Assembly (NCBI GenBank): GCA_963810285.1
Contig: CAWEMV010000002.1
Span: forward strand, 2,998,633 to 3,062,632
From: an uncultured Chloroflexia bacterium
GTDB lineage: Bacteria > Chloroflexota > Limnocylindria > Limnocylindrales > CSP1-4
Direction: 5' to 3'
DNA length: 64,000 nt
In this document: positions 1-13,240 of the stretch, piece after piece
How the letters are laid out: each line of letters begins with the position of its first letter
How positions within the stretch are numbered: the first letter of the stretch is position 1
Position numbers and translations under genes: made by a program
Notes under the pieces: model-generated
What the model was told of the DNA's origin: nothing
Databases searched by the model: none
The model's input: the letters and a program-made list of their open reading frames with translations, nothing else

Positions 1-485
1 CGGGAACCAGCCGAGCTGGACGCTGAAGACGACGATCAGCAGGATCGCCAGGACGAAGCTGGGCGTGGCGATGCCGATGATCGATACCGACGTGGATACA
101 TAGTCCGGCCAGCGGTTGTGGCCGAGGGCGGCGAAGATCCCCAACGGGATCCCGACGACGACCGCCAGGATGAACGCCATGACCCCGAGCTGGACCGTCG
201 TGGCGAGTCCGTCGGAGATCATGTCGTTGACGCGCCGATCCTGGAAGCGGTACGACGGGCCGAGGTCGCCGGTCACGAAGTCGGTCGCCCAGTTGATGTA
301 CTGGATGTGCAACGGCTGGTCGAGACCGTACTCGGCGTTCAGCCGCGCCACGACGGAGGCCGGCAGGCGCTTCTCGCTGTCCCACGGCCCGCCGGGGACC
401 GAGTGCATGAGCACGAACGTGATCACCGATACCGCAAACAGGACCGGGATGATCCAGAGGATCCGCCGGGTGAGATAGGTGATCA
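1..485 (-). CDS. ABC transporter permease (DppB/OppB-type); 3' end cut by window edge
   Basis: Reverse-strand translation from a GTG at about 485 gives MITYLTRRILWIIPVLFAVSVITFVLMHSVPGGPW..., the canonical N-terminus of binding-protein-dependent peptide permeases. An AGGGA RBS lies about 10 nt upstream. Not in the ORF table because it runs off the window. Confidence 0.8.
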
Positions 486-572
486 CTTCACGTGTATCCC
501 TGTGCGTTCAGAGGCTGCCGATATTGACGATGGGCCGGCCCGGCGGCCGGCCCATCGATGTTGGTCCGAAGA

Positions 573-2333
573 CTACTGCGCGACGATCTGGATCGTCTCG
601 TAGAAGTGCTCACCGGGGGACGTGGAGTCCATCGGCGTCTTCACGAGCCCCGAGACCTTCGGCTTCACGAGAGCCGGACGCTCCGGGTAGAGGAGGAACA
701 GCGATGCTGCGTCGTCGGCCATGATCTTCTGGGCCTGCTGATACAGCGTGCCCTGCTTGGCCACGTCCTGCTCGGAGGCCGCCTGCTGGAGCAGGCTATC
801 GAACTCCTCGTTGCACCACTGCTGGTCGTTGTTGCCGCCACCGCAGGTGAACAGACCGCTGAGCTGGTTGTTCGCATGCGGATAGTCGGCGCCCCAGCTG
901 TTTCGGGCGATGTCGTACTCGCCGGCCGTGCGCTGGGTGAGGAAGACCGCGAAATCGCTGCCGATCTGCTCGGTCTCGAGACCGAATGCCGACCGCCAGG
1001 CCTCGGCCAGGAACGCGACACGCGGTTCGTGACCGCCACCCGTGTTGAAGCCGAACTTCAGCGGCGGGATGTCGGCGGCACTCGCGAAGCCGAGCTCCTG
1101 GAGCGCCTGGTCCATGTGCTGCTTGGCCGACTCGAGGTTGAAGGGATACGGATTGATCGTCTCGTCGTAGCCGGAAAGCCCGGGCATGACGAAGCTGTTC
1201 GCGACCTGTCCGAGGCCCGCGAACGTCGCGGCGATGAAGGACTCCTTGTCGATCGCCTCGGTCAGGGCGATCCGGAAGTTCTTGTTGGCCGTCGGGCACG
1301 CCTTGGGATCCTCGCAGCGGGCGAGCTTCGCCTTGCCGGTCGGATCGTTGCCGTTGTTGAAGTTGTAGTAGGTGGTCGAGAGCTGCGGATCCGAGACGAA
1401 CTCGGCGCCCATCACCGGATCTGCCTGGACGCGTGGAACCTCCGGGCTGTCGACCGGCATGATGATGTCGACCTCGTCGGCCTCGTAGGCGGCCTGCGCC
1501 CCTGCCGGTTCCGCATAGATCGGCATCTGGATCTCGGTCAACGTGGGCTTGACCTCGCCGTACCAGTTCGGGTTCGGCTTCAGGATGATCTGGCTGTTGT
1601 GATCCCACGTGTCGAGCATGAAGGGGCCCGAGCTGACGTAGTTGGCAGCCTCGAACGCGCCTTCGGCGGTGACCCACTTCTCCTGGAGCGGGACGAAGAC
1701 CCACAGGGTCATCGCGCTCAGGAAGTAGGTCGCCGGCGTGCTGAGGGTGACGACGAACGTCTTGTCATCGGGGGCTTCCACGCCGAGCTTGTCGAGGGCC
1801 GCCTCGATGTCGGCGTCGCTCGGCGCCGGCTCTGCGCCGGCCATGCCGAGCAGGTCCTCTGCGCCTGCGACCTCGGCGATCACGTACGAATACGGAGCTG
1901 CCGTCCGCGGATCCGCGAGACGCTTCCAGCTGTACACGAGGTCGCCAGCGACGATGGTGTCGCCGTTGCTGTACTTCGCGTCGCGCAGGTGGAAGGTGAA
2001 GGTCTTCGCGTCCTCCGAGACCTCCCAGGATTCGGCGAGGGCCGGCACGACCTCGAGCTTGTCGTTGATGTACACGAGCGGCCGGTGGAGCGCCCGGAGG
2101 ACAGCCAGCGAGTTGGCGTCCTGGGCAGGGCTGGGATCGAGGGTCGGCGGCTCACCCGGGAGGGCGATCCTGACGATCTGATCGGCGGCAAGGTTGCTGC
2201 TCGGCTCGGCCGAGCCAGCGGGCGACTCACCCGGAGCGACGCTTTCAGGCGCCGTGCTAGCCGTCGTCCCGCCGCACGCAGACGCGAAGATCGCGACCGC
2301 GCCGACGAGGGCGAGGAGACGTTTCTGTGCCAT
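573..2333 (-). CDS. ABC transporter substrate-binding protein, family 5 (peptide/nickel, DppA/OppA-like), lipoprotein
   Basis: ORF 573..2531 minus. The internal Met at 2333 begins MAQKRLLALVGAVAIFASACGG, a signal peptide with a lipobox. The long SBP_bac_5-like sequence is directly upstream of the permease. Confidence 0.85.
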   Translation of the reverse strand: MAQKRLLALVGAVAIFASACGGTTASTAPESVAPGESPAGSAEPSSNLAADQIVRIALPGEPPTLDPSPAQDANSLAVLRALHRPLVYINDKLEVVPALAESWEVSEDAKTFTFHLRDAKYSNGDTIVAGDLVYSWKRLADPRTAAPYSYVIAEVAGAEDLLGMAGAEPAPSDADIEAALDKLGVEAPDDKTFVVTLSTPATYFLSAMTLWVFVPLQEKWVTAEGAFEAANYVSSGPFMLDTWDHNSQIILKPNPNWYGEVKPTLTEIQMPIYAEPAGAQAAYEADEVDIIMPVDSPEVPRVQADPVMGAEFVSDPQLSTTYYNFNNGNDPTGKAKLARCEDPKACPTANKNFRIALTEAIDKESFIAATFAGLGQVANSFVMPGLSGYDETINPYPFNLESAKQHMDQALQELGFASAADIPPLKFGFNTGGGHEPRVAFLAEAWRSAFGLETEQIGSDFAVFLTQRTAGEYDIARNSWGADYPHANNQLSGLFTCGGGNNDQQWCNEEFDSLLQQAASEQDVAKQGTLYQQAQKIMADDAASLFLLYPERPALVKPKVSGLVKTPMDSTSPGEHFYETIQIVAQ

Positions 2334-2575
2334 GTAGGTCCCTTTCACGTGACCGTCGTCACGGTCTCCCGCCGTGACGTCCGGAGGCTTCGGGCACGTC
2401 GTGGTCGATCTGGCGACCGTGACGCGTTGACCGACTCGGCGACAGATGATCCTCCCATCACTGGCGCCGCGCGAGGACACCCGCCGACACGCTGTCGAGC
2501 CGCGGGCCTCAAGATGGCGCCTATCATTCACACCAACCTATGGCCCGTCAACACGGCCACCATTAGGATTTCGTA

Positions 2576-4075
2576 TCAGTCGGGACAGGGCATCTCCCGT
2601 CCCGCCATCGGCCGCCAGCGCAGGTTCGGCTGGCGGGCAGCCGTCGCCTCGTCCAGACGCCGGACCGGCGCGGTGTGCGGGGCCGCCTTCACCATCTCGG
2701 GCTCACGGTCGGCCTCGGCGGCGATCGCGACGAGCGCGTCGGCGAACGCATCGAGGGTCTCGAGCGACTCGGTCTCGGTCGGCTCGATGAGCATGCCCTC
2801 GTCCACGATCAGCGGGAAATAGATGGTCGGGGGGTGGAACCCGTAGTCGATCATCCGCTTCGCGAGGTCGAGCGTTCGCACCCCGGTCCGCGTCTTCAGG
2901 CTCGAAGCCGACGCCACGAACTCGTGCTTGCACGGCCGGTCGTAGGGCAGGTCGAAGGTGTCGCCCAGGCGTGACTTCAGGTAGTTCGCCGCGAGCACGG
3001 CATCATCGCTGACCTCGCGCAGGCCCGAACCGCCGTGCGCGCGGATATACGCGTACGCGCGCACGAGGACACCAGTGTTGCCCACGAAGCTGCGCAGGCG
3101 GCCGATCGATGTCGGCCGATCGCCGGGTCGTTCGAGGCGGAACGTCCCGTCATCGAGGCGGAGGACGCGCGGGGTGGGCAGGTATGGCAGCAGCCGCTCC
3201 CCCACCCCGACCGGACCGGCCCCCGGTCCGCCGCCACCGTGGGGCGTGCTGAATGTCTTGTGGACATTGAAGTGCATCACGTCGAAGCCGGCCGCGCCGG
3301 GCTTGAACCGGCCGAGGATCGCGTTGAGGTTGGCCCCGTCCATGTACGCGAGCGCGCCCGCCCGGTGGACGGCCTCGAGCAGGTCGCCGATGCGCGACTC
3401 GAACAGTCCGAGCGTCGACGGGTTGGTGATCATCACCGCCGCCGTCCGTGGGCCGAGCGCCGCCGTGAAGGCCTCGAGGTCGACGCCGCCGTCAGCGGCA
3501 GACGGGATCGTGATCGTGCGGAAGCCGGCCATCGAGGCGGTCGCCGGGTTCGTCCCGTGCGAGCTGTCCGGGACGAGGACCTCGTCGCGATCGGTGTCGC
3601 CCCGCTCGCGATGGTAGGCCCGGATCATCAGGATGCCGGTCAGCTCACCCTGCGCGCCGGCGGCCGGCTGGAGTGTCACCGCGCGCATCCCGGAGATCTC
3701 GGCCAGCGCCGCCTCGAGCTCCCACAGCAGCTGAAGCGTCCCCTGGGCGATCTCGTCGGGCGCCATCGGATGGAGGTCCGCGAAGCCGGGCAGGCGCGCG
3801 GCCCATTCGTTGAGCTTGGGGTTGAACTTCATGGTGCACGAGCCCAGCGGGTAGAAGCCCGTGTCGACGGCGTGGTTGAGCTGGCTCAGGTTCACGTAAT
3901 GGCGGACCACGTCGGGCTCGTTCATCTCGGGCAGCGCCGGTGGCGTCTCGCGGCGCGACGCGGCGGGCACGCGGTCGAGCGCGTCCTTGGGCGGATGCGG
4001 GATCTTGCCGCCGCCGCGGCCCGGTCGGCTGCGCTCGAACAGCGTCGGCTGGAGCTTCTCGCCGGTGACGCTCAT
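2576..4075 (-). CDS. gcvPB: glycine dehydrogenase (decarboxylating) subunit 2
   Basis: ORF 2576..4207. The start is placed at internal Met MSVTGEKLQPTLFERS. There is strong family similarity (LSQLNHAVDTGFYPLGSCTMKFNP...). It overlaps the gcvPA stop by 4 nt. Confidence 0.9.
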   Translation of the reverse strand: MSVTGEKLQPTLFERSRPGRGGGKIPHPPKDALDRVPAASRRETPPALPEMNEPDVVRHYVNLSQLNHAVDTGFYPLGSCTMKFNPKLNEWAARLPGFADLHPMAPDEIAQGTLQLLWELEAALAEISGMRAVTLQPAAGAQGELTGILMIRAYHRERGDTDRDEVLVPDSSHGTNPATASMAGFRTITIPSAADGGVDLEAFTAALGPRTAAVMITNPSTLGLFESRIGDLLEAVHRAGALAYMDGANLNAILGRFKPGAAGFDVMHFNVHKTFSTPHGGGGPGAGPVGVGERLLPYLPTPRVLRLDDGTFRLERPGDRPTSIGRLRSFVGNTGVLVRAYAYIRAHGGSGLREVSDDAVLAANYLKSRLGDTFDLPYDRPCKHEFVASASSLKTRTGVRTLDLAKRMIDYGFHPPTIYFPLIVDEGMLIEPTETESLETLDAFADALVAIAAEADREPEMVKAAPHTAPVRRLDEATAARQPNLRWRPMAGREMPCPD

Positions 4076-5493
4076 CGGGCGGCTCCGATCGCCGCGCCGT
4101 CGGGCGCACTGGTCTCGGCCCCGACCGAGGGCTGACCGGTGAGGACCTCGGCGAACGCCGCCACGAAGCGAGCGATGTCGCCCGACGTGGTCAGCTCGGT
4201 CGTGCACAGCAGCAGGCCGTCGGCGAGGGCGGGATCCTCAGGCTCGGCGTCGGCGAGGACGAGACCCGCCAGGAAGCCACGCTCGATGAGGCGCCGGTGG
4301 ACGGTCCGGGCGTCGGGGACACGCACCGCGAACTCGTTGAGGAACGGGCCGCCGTGCATGCGTTCGATGCCGATCCCGGCCAGCGCGTCGACGAGCTCCG
4401 TTGCTCGGGCTGCGCCGGTCGCCGCGACGTCTCGCAGCCCGTGGGGCCCGATCGCCGCGAGGTAGATCGAGGCGGCCAGGGCCAGGAGCGCCTGGTTGGT
4501 GCAGATGTTGCTCGCGGCCTTGTCGCGACGGATGTCCTGCTCTCGCGCGCGCAGCGTCATGACGAACGCCCGCTTGCCGTCGAGATCGGTCGTCATGCCC
4601 ACCAGCCGGCCGGGGATCTGGCGGACCAGCGCATCCGTCGAGGCGAGGATCCCGAGATACGGCCCGCCGTACTGGGGCGGTATCCCGAGCGGCTGTCCCT
4701 CGCCGGCGGCGATGTCGGCCCCATAGGCGCCCGGTGGCGCGAGGACCGCGAGCGACACCGGCTCGATCACGGCCACGAACAGCGCGCCCGCGGCGTGGGC
4801 CAGCTCGCCGATCCGCGGCATCAGCTCGAGCAGGCCGAGGAAGTCCGGGCTCGATGCGAGGACCCCGGCGACCGGACGGTCGGGCTCGGCGAGCATCCGC
4901 TCGAGCGCCGCGAGGTCGGTCGTGCCGGCCGCGTCGCCGTCCTCGACCAGGGGCACCTCGTCGAGCTCGAGACCGCCGCCGAAGTACGTCCGCAGCGTGG
5001 CCCGGTACTGGGGGTGGACGCCCCGGCTCACGAGCACGCGCTCGCGGCGGGTCGCCCGGCACGCCATCAACGCCGCCTCGGCAGTGGCCGCGGCGCCGTC
5101 GTAGTGCGACGCGGAGACCACGTCCATGTCGAGGAGCTCGGCGATCAGCGACTCGTACTCGTAGATCGACTGGAGCGTGCCCTGGCTGACCTCGGGCTGG
5201 TACGGCGTGTACGCCGTGTACCACTCGCCACGGAGCAGCAGCTGGTCGACGGCCGGCGGGCTCCAGTGGCGGTACACGCCGGCGCCGAGGAACGACACCA
5301 GGTCCGTCCGATTGCGACCGGCGAGCTCGCGCAGGCGGGCGGCCAGCTCGAGCTCGGGCTCGGGCTCTGGCAGGTCCAGCACGGTCGCGCGCAGGTCGGC
5401 CGGGATGTCGGCGAACAGCTCGTCGACGCTGTCGAGGCCAAGTGCCTCCAGCATCCGCTGGCGGTCGGCCGGGGTGTGAGGACCGTACGGCAT
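4072..5493 (-). CDS. gcvPA: glycine dehydrogenase (decarboxylating) subunit 1
   Basis: ORF 4072..5565. The start is at internal Met MPYGPHTPADRQRMLEALG, the typical GcvPA N-terminus. Confidence 0.9.
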   Translation of the reverse strand: MPYGPHTPADRQRMLEALGLDSVDELFADIPADLRATVLDLPEPEPELELAARLRELAGRNRTDLVSFLGAGVYRHWSPPAVDQLLLRGEWYTAYTPYQPEVSQGTLQSIYEYESLIAELLDMDVVSASHYDGAAATAEAALMACRATRRERVLVSRGVHPQYRATLRTYFGGGLELDEVPLVEDGDAAGTTDLAALERMLAEPDRPVAGVLASSPDFLGLLELMPRIGELAHAAGALFVAVIEPVSLAVLAPPGAYGADIAAGEGQPLGIPPQYGGPYLGILASTDALVRQIPGRLVGMTTDLDGKRAFVMTLRAREQDIRRDKAASNICTNQALLALAASIYLAAIGPHGLRDVAATGAARATELVDALAGIGIERMHGGPFLNEFAVRVPDARTVHRRLIERGFLAGLVLADAEPEDPALADGLLLCTTELTTSGDIARFVAAFAEVLTGQPSVGAETSAPDGAAIGAAR

Positions 5494-5500
5494 CGCCGCG

Positions 5501-5884
5501 TCAGCCTGCGGCGACGAGGTCGTCGTAGGCGCCGCCGTCGAGCAGGTCGTCGAGCTGGGCGGCATCGGCGATGGCGACCTTGATCATCCAGCCGTCCCCG
5601 TACGGGTCGCTGTTGACGAGCTCGGGCGTCGACGCGAGGGCGTCGTTGGTCGAGGTGACCGCCCCGCTGACCGGGGCGAACAGGTCGCTGACGGCCTTCA
5701 CCGATTCGACGACCCCGAAGGGCTTGGCCTCCTCGAGCTCGCGACCGTTCTCGGGCAACTCGACGAAGACGATGTCGCCGAGCTGGTCGGCCGCGTATTG
5801 GGTGATCCCGACGGTCGCCTCGTCGCCGTCGACCCGGACCCACTCGTGGTCGCGGGTATACCGCAAGTCGGTCGGTGCGCTCAC
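5501..5884 (-). CDS. gcvH: glycine cleavage system H protein (lipoyl carrier)
   Basis: 127 aa with [18 protein letters not shown] around the lipoyl-lysine. GTG start. Confidence 0.92.
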   Translation of the reverse strand: MSAPTDLRYTRDHEWVRVDGDEATVGITQYAADQLGDIVFVELPENGRELEEAKPFGVVESVKAVSDLFAPVSGAVTSTNDALASTPELVNSDPYGDGWMIKVAIADAAQLDDLLDGGAYDDLVAAG

Positions 5885-5885
5885 G

Positions 5886-7004
5886 TCAACTGCTCCTCCG
5901 GTAGAACGGCAGCGGGACGACCCGCGCAGGGACGCGCGCGTCGCGGACCTCGATGTCGAGCATGGTGCCCGGTTCGGCGTCGGTCGGTGCGACGTAGGCC
6001 ATCGCGATCGGCACGCCGAGCGTCGGCGATTGCGTCCCGCTGGTGACGACCCCGGTCCGTCGCTCGCCCACGTGGACCGGGTAGCCGTGCCGGGCGATCC
6101 CGCGGCCCTCGACGGTCAGCCCGACCAGCCGCTTGCGGGGACCGTCCGCGACGACCCGCTCGAGCGCCGCCCGGCCGACGAAGTCGCCGGGCCTGTCGAG
6201 CTTCACGACGCGCCCGAGCCCGGCGTCGAACGGCGTCGTCGACGTGTCGAGCTCGTTGCCGTACAGCGGCATTCCCGCCTCGAGCCGCAACGTGTCGCGG
6301 GCGCCCAGACCGACCGGTCCGCCGCCGGCGGCGCGCACGGCATCGAGCAGCGCATCCCACACTTCGCCCGTCCGGTTCGTCTCGACGAACACCTCGAAGC
6401 CATCCTCGCCGGTATAGCCGGTCCGCGCGACGTGGGCGGCGACCCCGGCGACGTGACCCTCGGCGATGCCGTAGTAGCGCAGCGCCGCGAGGTCGACATC
6501 GGTCAGCGGTCCGACCACGTCGACCGATCGAGGGCCCTGGACCGCCACGAGACCGGTGGCCAGCGACTGGTCGTCGAGCACCGCGCGCGACCCGTCGAGC
6601 CGCTCCGCGAGCGTGTCGGACACGACCTGCGCGTTCGAGGCGTTGGCCACGACCAGGAACCGTTCCTCGGCCAGCCGATAGACGATCAGGTCGTCGAGGA
6701 TCCCGCCGTCGGTCTGGCAGATCATCGAATAGTGGGCTCGACCGATGGCCAGCGCCGGCGGGTTCGTCACGATCGCCGCGGCGAGCGCCTCGCCGGCGTC
6801 GGGGCCCTCCACGAGCAGCTCGCCCATGTGCGACAGGTCGAACAGCCCGACGGCCCCCCGCACGGATCGGTGCTCATCGAGGATCGACCCGTACTGGACC
6901 GGCATCCGCCAGCCCGCGAAGTCGATCATCCGCGCCCCCAACGCCTCGTGCCGCCCCGCCAGCGGCGTCTCGTGCACCGACTCGCCGACCTCGGCGTTGG
7001 TCAC
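5886..7004 (-). CDS. gcvT: aminomethyltransferase (glycine cleavage T protein)
   Basis: 372 aa with [35 protein letters not shown]. It directly follows the NUDIX gene and precedes gcvH. Confidence 0.92.
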   Translation of the reverse strand: MTNAEVGESVHETPLAGRHEALGARMIDFAGWRMPVQYGSILDEHRSVRGAVGLFDLSHMGELLVEGPDAGEALAAAIVTNPPALAIGRAHYSMICQTDGGILDDLIVYRLAEERFLVVANASNAQVVSDTLAERLDGSRAVLDDQSLATGLVAVQGPRSVDVVGPLTDVDLAALRYYGIAEGHVAGVAAHVARTGYTGEDGFEVFVETNRTGEVWDALLDAVRAAGGGPVGLGARDTLRLEAGMPLYGNELDTSTTPFDAGLGRVVKLDRPGDFVGRAALERVVADGPRKRLVGLTVEGRGIARHGYPVHVGERRTGVVTSGTQSPTLGVPIAMAYVAPTDAEPGTMLDIEVRDARVPARVVPLPFYRRSS

Positions 7005-7513
7005 GAAGCCCGCTCCGCTTGTGGCCTGAGCTGGTCGGCCGCCCCCGCGACGAGCGCCCGCTCGGTCTCGAAGGTCAGGATGCTCGCCGCCTCGTCGAAG
7101 TCGATCCAGCGGACCTGGTCGAACTCGTGGTCGTGGTCGTCCAGGTCGCCGCCGACCGGCTCCATCAGGAAGTAGTGCACGGTCTTGTGGATGCGCGTGC
7201 CCGACTGGACGAACGTGTACTCGATGGAGTCGAGCCGCCCCGTGATGCGGACCGCGAGCCCGGTCTCCTCGGACACCTCGCGGATGGCCGTCTGCTCGGT
7301 CGTCTCGCCCGCATGTGGCGTGCCCTTGGGGAGGGTCCAGGTGCGTCCGTCGCGCTCCCGCCTGCGGCTGCCTACGACGAATTGGGGTCGCCCAGCCTCG
7401 TACCGAACGACGATGCCGCCCGCGGATGTGGCGGTCGCAGTCCTCAGGCGTGCCACGGCGCCGCGGCGGCGCTGGGGCGTCGGCCCCGTCCGCTGCGCCC
7501 GGACCGAGCCCAA
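7001..7513 (-). CDS. NUDIX hydrolase
   Basis: Nudix box ...GETTEQTAIREVSEETGL... is present. It overlaps the gcvT start by 4 nt, so it is the first gene of the gcv operon. The exact start is uncertain. Confidence 0.75.
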   Translation of the reverse strand: MGSVRAQRTGPTPQRRRGAVARLRTATATSAGGIVVRYEAGRPQFVVGSRRRERDGRTWTLPKGTPHAGETTEQTAIREVSEETGLAVRITGRLDSIEYTFVQSGTRIHKTVHYFLMEPVGGDLDDHDHEFDQVRWIDFDEAASILTFETERALVAGAADQLRPQAERAS

Positions 7514-7783
7514 TGCATCGTCACCGTCGGCCGGACGCGTCGGCCGTCGACGGCCGAGCGCGTGGCTCGCGGGCCCCGCCAGCCCGCGCGAAGTCGTACG
7601 TAGGGGCCGGCATCCGATCCTCGGAGCTGGGTCTGGACGCCGGCAACGGCCGAGAACGAGACCTGCGCTCCGAGACCGAGTCGTCGCTCGCGGGCACGGC
7701 TCGACGGGCGAACGAATCGCGCCGCCGGTCGGGCCGCGTACTTGGCGGCGATGCTGTGTCCCATGGGCGGCAATGGTACTAGG

Positions 7784-8893
7784 TCAGTCCTGCCTTGCAA
7801 GCGCCGCCGTGAGCGATCTACGCATGGTCGAGGCCGTCTCCGGTGCGAGCGCGCCACGCTCGATCGCGAGGTCGATCTCGCGGTGCGCGGCCGCGACATA
7901 GAGCGGCATGACGCCGGGGGCATGGGCGGCCAGGGCATCGAGGTGGGCGGCCAGCGTCCCGACGTCACCGCGGGTCATCGGCCCGGTCAGCGCGGCCCGC
8001 ACCCCCAGGGCCCGGGCGTTGCCGAGCGTCCCCTCGACGAGGGGTCCGTAGATCGCCAGCGAGCCGGCCTCGTCGAGGCCGGCCACCGCGCCGAGCTCGG
8101 TGATGGCGTCGAGCAGCGCGATGACGCCGCCCGCCGCGAGGACCGCCGCGGCGTGGTAGGCGCTCTTGGTCCCGGGCGCGAGGCGGACCGGACGGGCACC
8201 GATCCGCTCGGCCATCGACGCCAGCATCGCCGCAAGGTCGTCGTCGCCCTCGATGGCGACGGTCGCGCCATGGAGCGCGGCGATCGCTCGCTCCGTGTCG
8301 GCGAACGCGACCAGCGGGTGGAACGCCCCGATCTGCGTCCCCGCCGCCATCGCCGGCGCGAGGACCTCCGCTCCCAGCGCGCCGCTGGTGTGGATCATCG
8401 CCTGACCGCTGTACATGCGGATCTCGCGAGCGATGGGCTCGATCGCATCGTCCGGCACGGCCAGGACGATGAGCTCGACCTCCTCGACGAGGGCCTGCGC
8501 CTCGGCGAACGGACGAGCGCCATCGACCTGGCTCGCGAACCGTTCCCGCCGCGCCGGATCGCGGCTGGCGACCGCGTGGATCGGCCAGCCGGCGCGGCTG
8601 AGCGCCAGACCGAGCGCGGTGCCGACCGCACCGGCGCCGACGATGCCCGTGGACGGCGTCTCGTCCGGACCCGATCGCTGGTGCGGGTGCGCGTGACCGT
8701 CGGCGTGGACGTCGCCGTCGGCGTGCCGGTGGTGGCCGGGCGGCACGGGATCGAGGTCGATGCCGGCGGCCGCGATGGCCGCCTCCGTCTCCTGGCGGTC
8801 GCGCTCGGGATCGTCGCCCGGCAACTGACCCCAGGGCTTCACGGGAGAGCGTCGGCGCAGGGCCGGGGCCGGGCGCGGTACGCTTGCATCCAT
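7784..8893 (-). CDS. Rossmann-fold DUF2520-family oxidoreductase (PanG-like putative ketopantoate reductase); start uncertain
   Basis: Has GIVGAGAVGTALGLALSRAG dinucleotide fold plus a DUF2520-like C-terminus. The longest ORF has a His-rich N-extension (HHRHADGDVHADGHAHPH). Under that reading the divergent gap to acnA is only about 17 bp, so the true start may be internal. Confidence 0.65.
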   Translation of the reverse strand: MDASVPRPAPALRRRSPVKPWGQLPGDDPERDRQETEAAIAAAGIDLDPVPPGHHRHADGDVHADGHAHPHQRSGPDETPSTGIVGAGAVGTALGLALSRAGWPIHAVASRDPARRERFASQVDGARPFAEAQALVEEVELIVLAVPDDAIEPIAREIRMYSGQAMIHTSGALGAEVLAPAMAAGTQIGAFHPLVAFADTERAIAALHGATVAIEGDDDLAAMLASMAERIGARPVRLAPGTKSAYHAAAVLAAGGVIALLDAITELGAVAGLDEAGSLAIYGPLVEGTLGNARALGVRAALTGPMTRGDVGTLAAHLDALAAHAPGVMPLYVAAAHREIDLAIERGALAPETASTMRRSLTAALARQD

Positions 8894-8909
8894 CGAGTCT
8901 AGCGAGCCT

Positions 8910-11759
<2,850 letters not shown>

Positions 11760-11867
11760 CCCGCAGGACCGGCGTCACGCGGGTCGGCTTCGGCGCGTCC
11801 CACGGTCGATACCCGCGAAATCCTCCTCCGCGAACGACGCCCTCGGTCCTCCCCCGGGGGCGCGTTC

Positions 11868-13148
11868 GTGTCCGGTCACGACGGCCGTCCGACCCCTGTA
11901 CAGTCTCGACCCGTGACCGAGAGCGCGAGCACGATCCAGCGTACCTACCTCGTCCTGACCGTGGTCACGACGCTGGCGGCGTCGTTCATCTGGGGCATCA
12001 ACACCCTCTTCCTGCTCGACGCCGGGCTCAACAACACCGAGGCGTTCGCCGCCAACGCGTTCTACGCGATCGGCCAGGTGCTGTTCGAGGTCCCGACGGG
12101 GGTCGTCGCCGACACGCGCGGCCGGCGATTCTCGTTCCTGCTCGGTGCGGCGACTCTGCTGCTCTCGACGCTGCTGTACCACGTGATGTGGCAGGTCCAC
12201 GCCCCGTTCATCGGCTGGGCCCTCGCCTCGGCGCTGCTCGGGCTCGGGTTCACGTTCTTCTCGGGCGCCACGGAGGCGTGGCTCGTCGATGCGCTGGCCT
12301 CGACCGACTACGCCGGCGATCTCGAGACGGTCTTCGGTCGGGCGCAGACGGCGAGTGGCGCGGCGATGCTGACCGGCACCGTCCTCGGCGGTGTCATCGC
12401 CCAGTCGACCGACCTGGGCGTGCCGTACCTCCTGCGCGCCGCGATGCTCGGCGTGACGCTGCTCGTCGCCGCCCGCTTCATGCACGACATCGGGTTCTCC
12501 CCGCGCCGCGGCGCCAGCCCGGTGACCGAGGTCCGCAACGTCGTCAACGGCGCGGTCGACGCGGGTTGGCGGAACCCACCGGTCCGCGCGCTGATGCTCG
12601 CCGCCCCGTTCACCTTCGGGATCGGGTTCTTCGCGTTCTACGCCAGCCAGCCGTACCTGCTCCAGCTGTACGGCGATCCCGAGGCGTACAGCGTCGCGGG
12701 GCTGATGGCGGCGCTGTTCGCGGGAGCCCAGATCCTGGGCGGTCTCTCGGTCGCGCGGGTCCGCCGGCTGTTCCGACGTCGGACCGATGCCATCGTCGTC
12801 GCGACCGTGGTGACCGTCGTCGTCCTGATCGCGGTCGGCGTGACGACGAGCTTCGCGCTCGCGGTGGTGCTGCTCGCCGGTTGGGCGCTGGTGTTCGCGC
12901 TCGAGGCACCGCTGCGCCAGGCCTTCATCAACGGGTTGATCCCGTCGGCGCAGCGTGCGACGGTCCTCTCATTCGACAACCTCATGGGATCGATCGGCGG
13001 CGCCGTCGCGCAGCCCGCGCTCGGGCGGGTCTCCGATGTGTACGGCTACGGTCCGGCCTACGTCGTGGCCGGGTCCGTCCAGGCGCTCGCGATCCCGTTC
13101 GTCGTGTTGGCCCGCCGGCAGCGGGCGGCGTCGGACCCGATCGAATGA
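11868..13148 (+). CDS. MFS transporter
   Basis: 426 aa with about 12 predicted TM segments. Carries the MFS motif VADTRGRR in loop 2-3. Confidence 0.8.
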   Translation: MSGHDGRPTPVQSRPVTESASTIQRTYLVLTVVTTLAASFIWGINTLFLLDAGLNNTEAFAANAFYAIGQVLFEVPTGVVADTRGRRFSFLLGAATLLLSTLLYHVMWQVHAPFIGWALASALLGLGFTFFSGATEAWLVDALASTDYAGDLETVFGRAQTASGAAMLTGTVLGGVIAQSTDLGVPYLLRAAMLGVTLLVAARFMHDIGFSPRRGASPVTEVRNVVNGAVDAGWRNPPVRALMLAAPFTFGIGFFAFYASQPYLLQLYGDPEAYSVAGLMAALFAGAQILGGLSVARVRRLFRRRTDAIVVATVVTVVVLIAVGVTTSFALAVVLLAGWALVFALEAPLRQAFINGLIPSAQRATVLSFDNLMGSIGGAVAQPALGRVSDVYGYGPAYVVAGSVQALAIPFVVLARRQRAASDPIE

Positions 13149-13153
13149 GGGGG

Positions 13154-13229
13154 GTGGTGGGCGATACTGGATTCGAACCAGTGACCCCGCGGATGTGAAC
13201 CGCGTGCTCTAACCACTGAGCCAATCGCC
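13154..13229 (-). tRNA. tRNA-Val (anticodon CAC)
   Basis: The reverse complement folds as GGGCGAT-TG-GCTCAGTGGTTAGAGC-A-CGCGG-TTCACAT-CCGCG-GGGTC-ACTGG-TTCGAAT-CCAGT-ATCGCCC-ACCA. This gives 76 nt with CCA encoded. Confidence 0.85.
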
Positions 13230-13240
13230 CGCGCCGCCGA

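Noticed and set aside
2334-2575. Inverted repeats (GACCGT-CGTC-ACGGTC and others) in the dpp promoter region as a specific operator
   Set aside because: These are short, GC-rich inverted repeats and are expected by chance in this composition. There is no second copy and no nearby regulator to support an operator call.
7514-7783. Glycine riboswitch upstream of the gcv operon
   Set aside because: Neither strand shows the conserved aptamer cores (GGAGAG ... ACCGAAGGGGCAA / CUCUGGAGAG). Only a generic hairpin is present.
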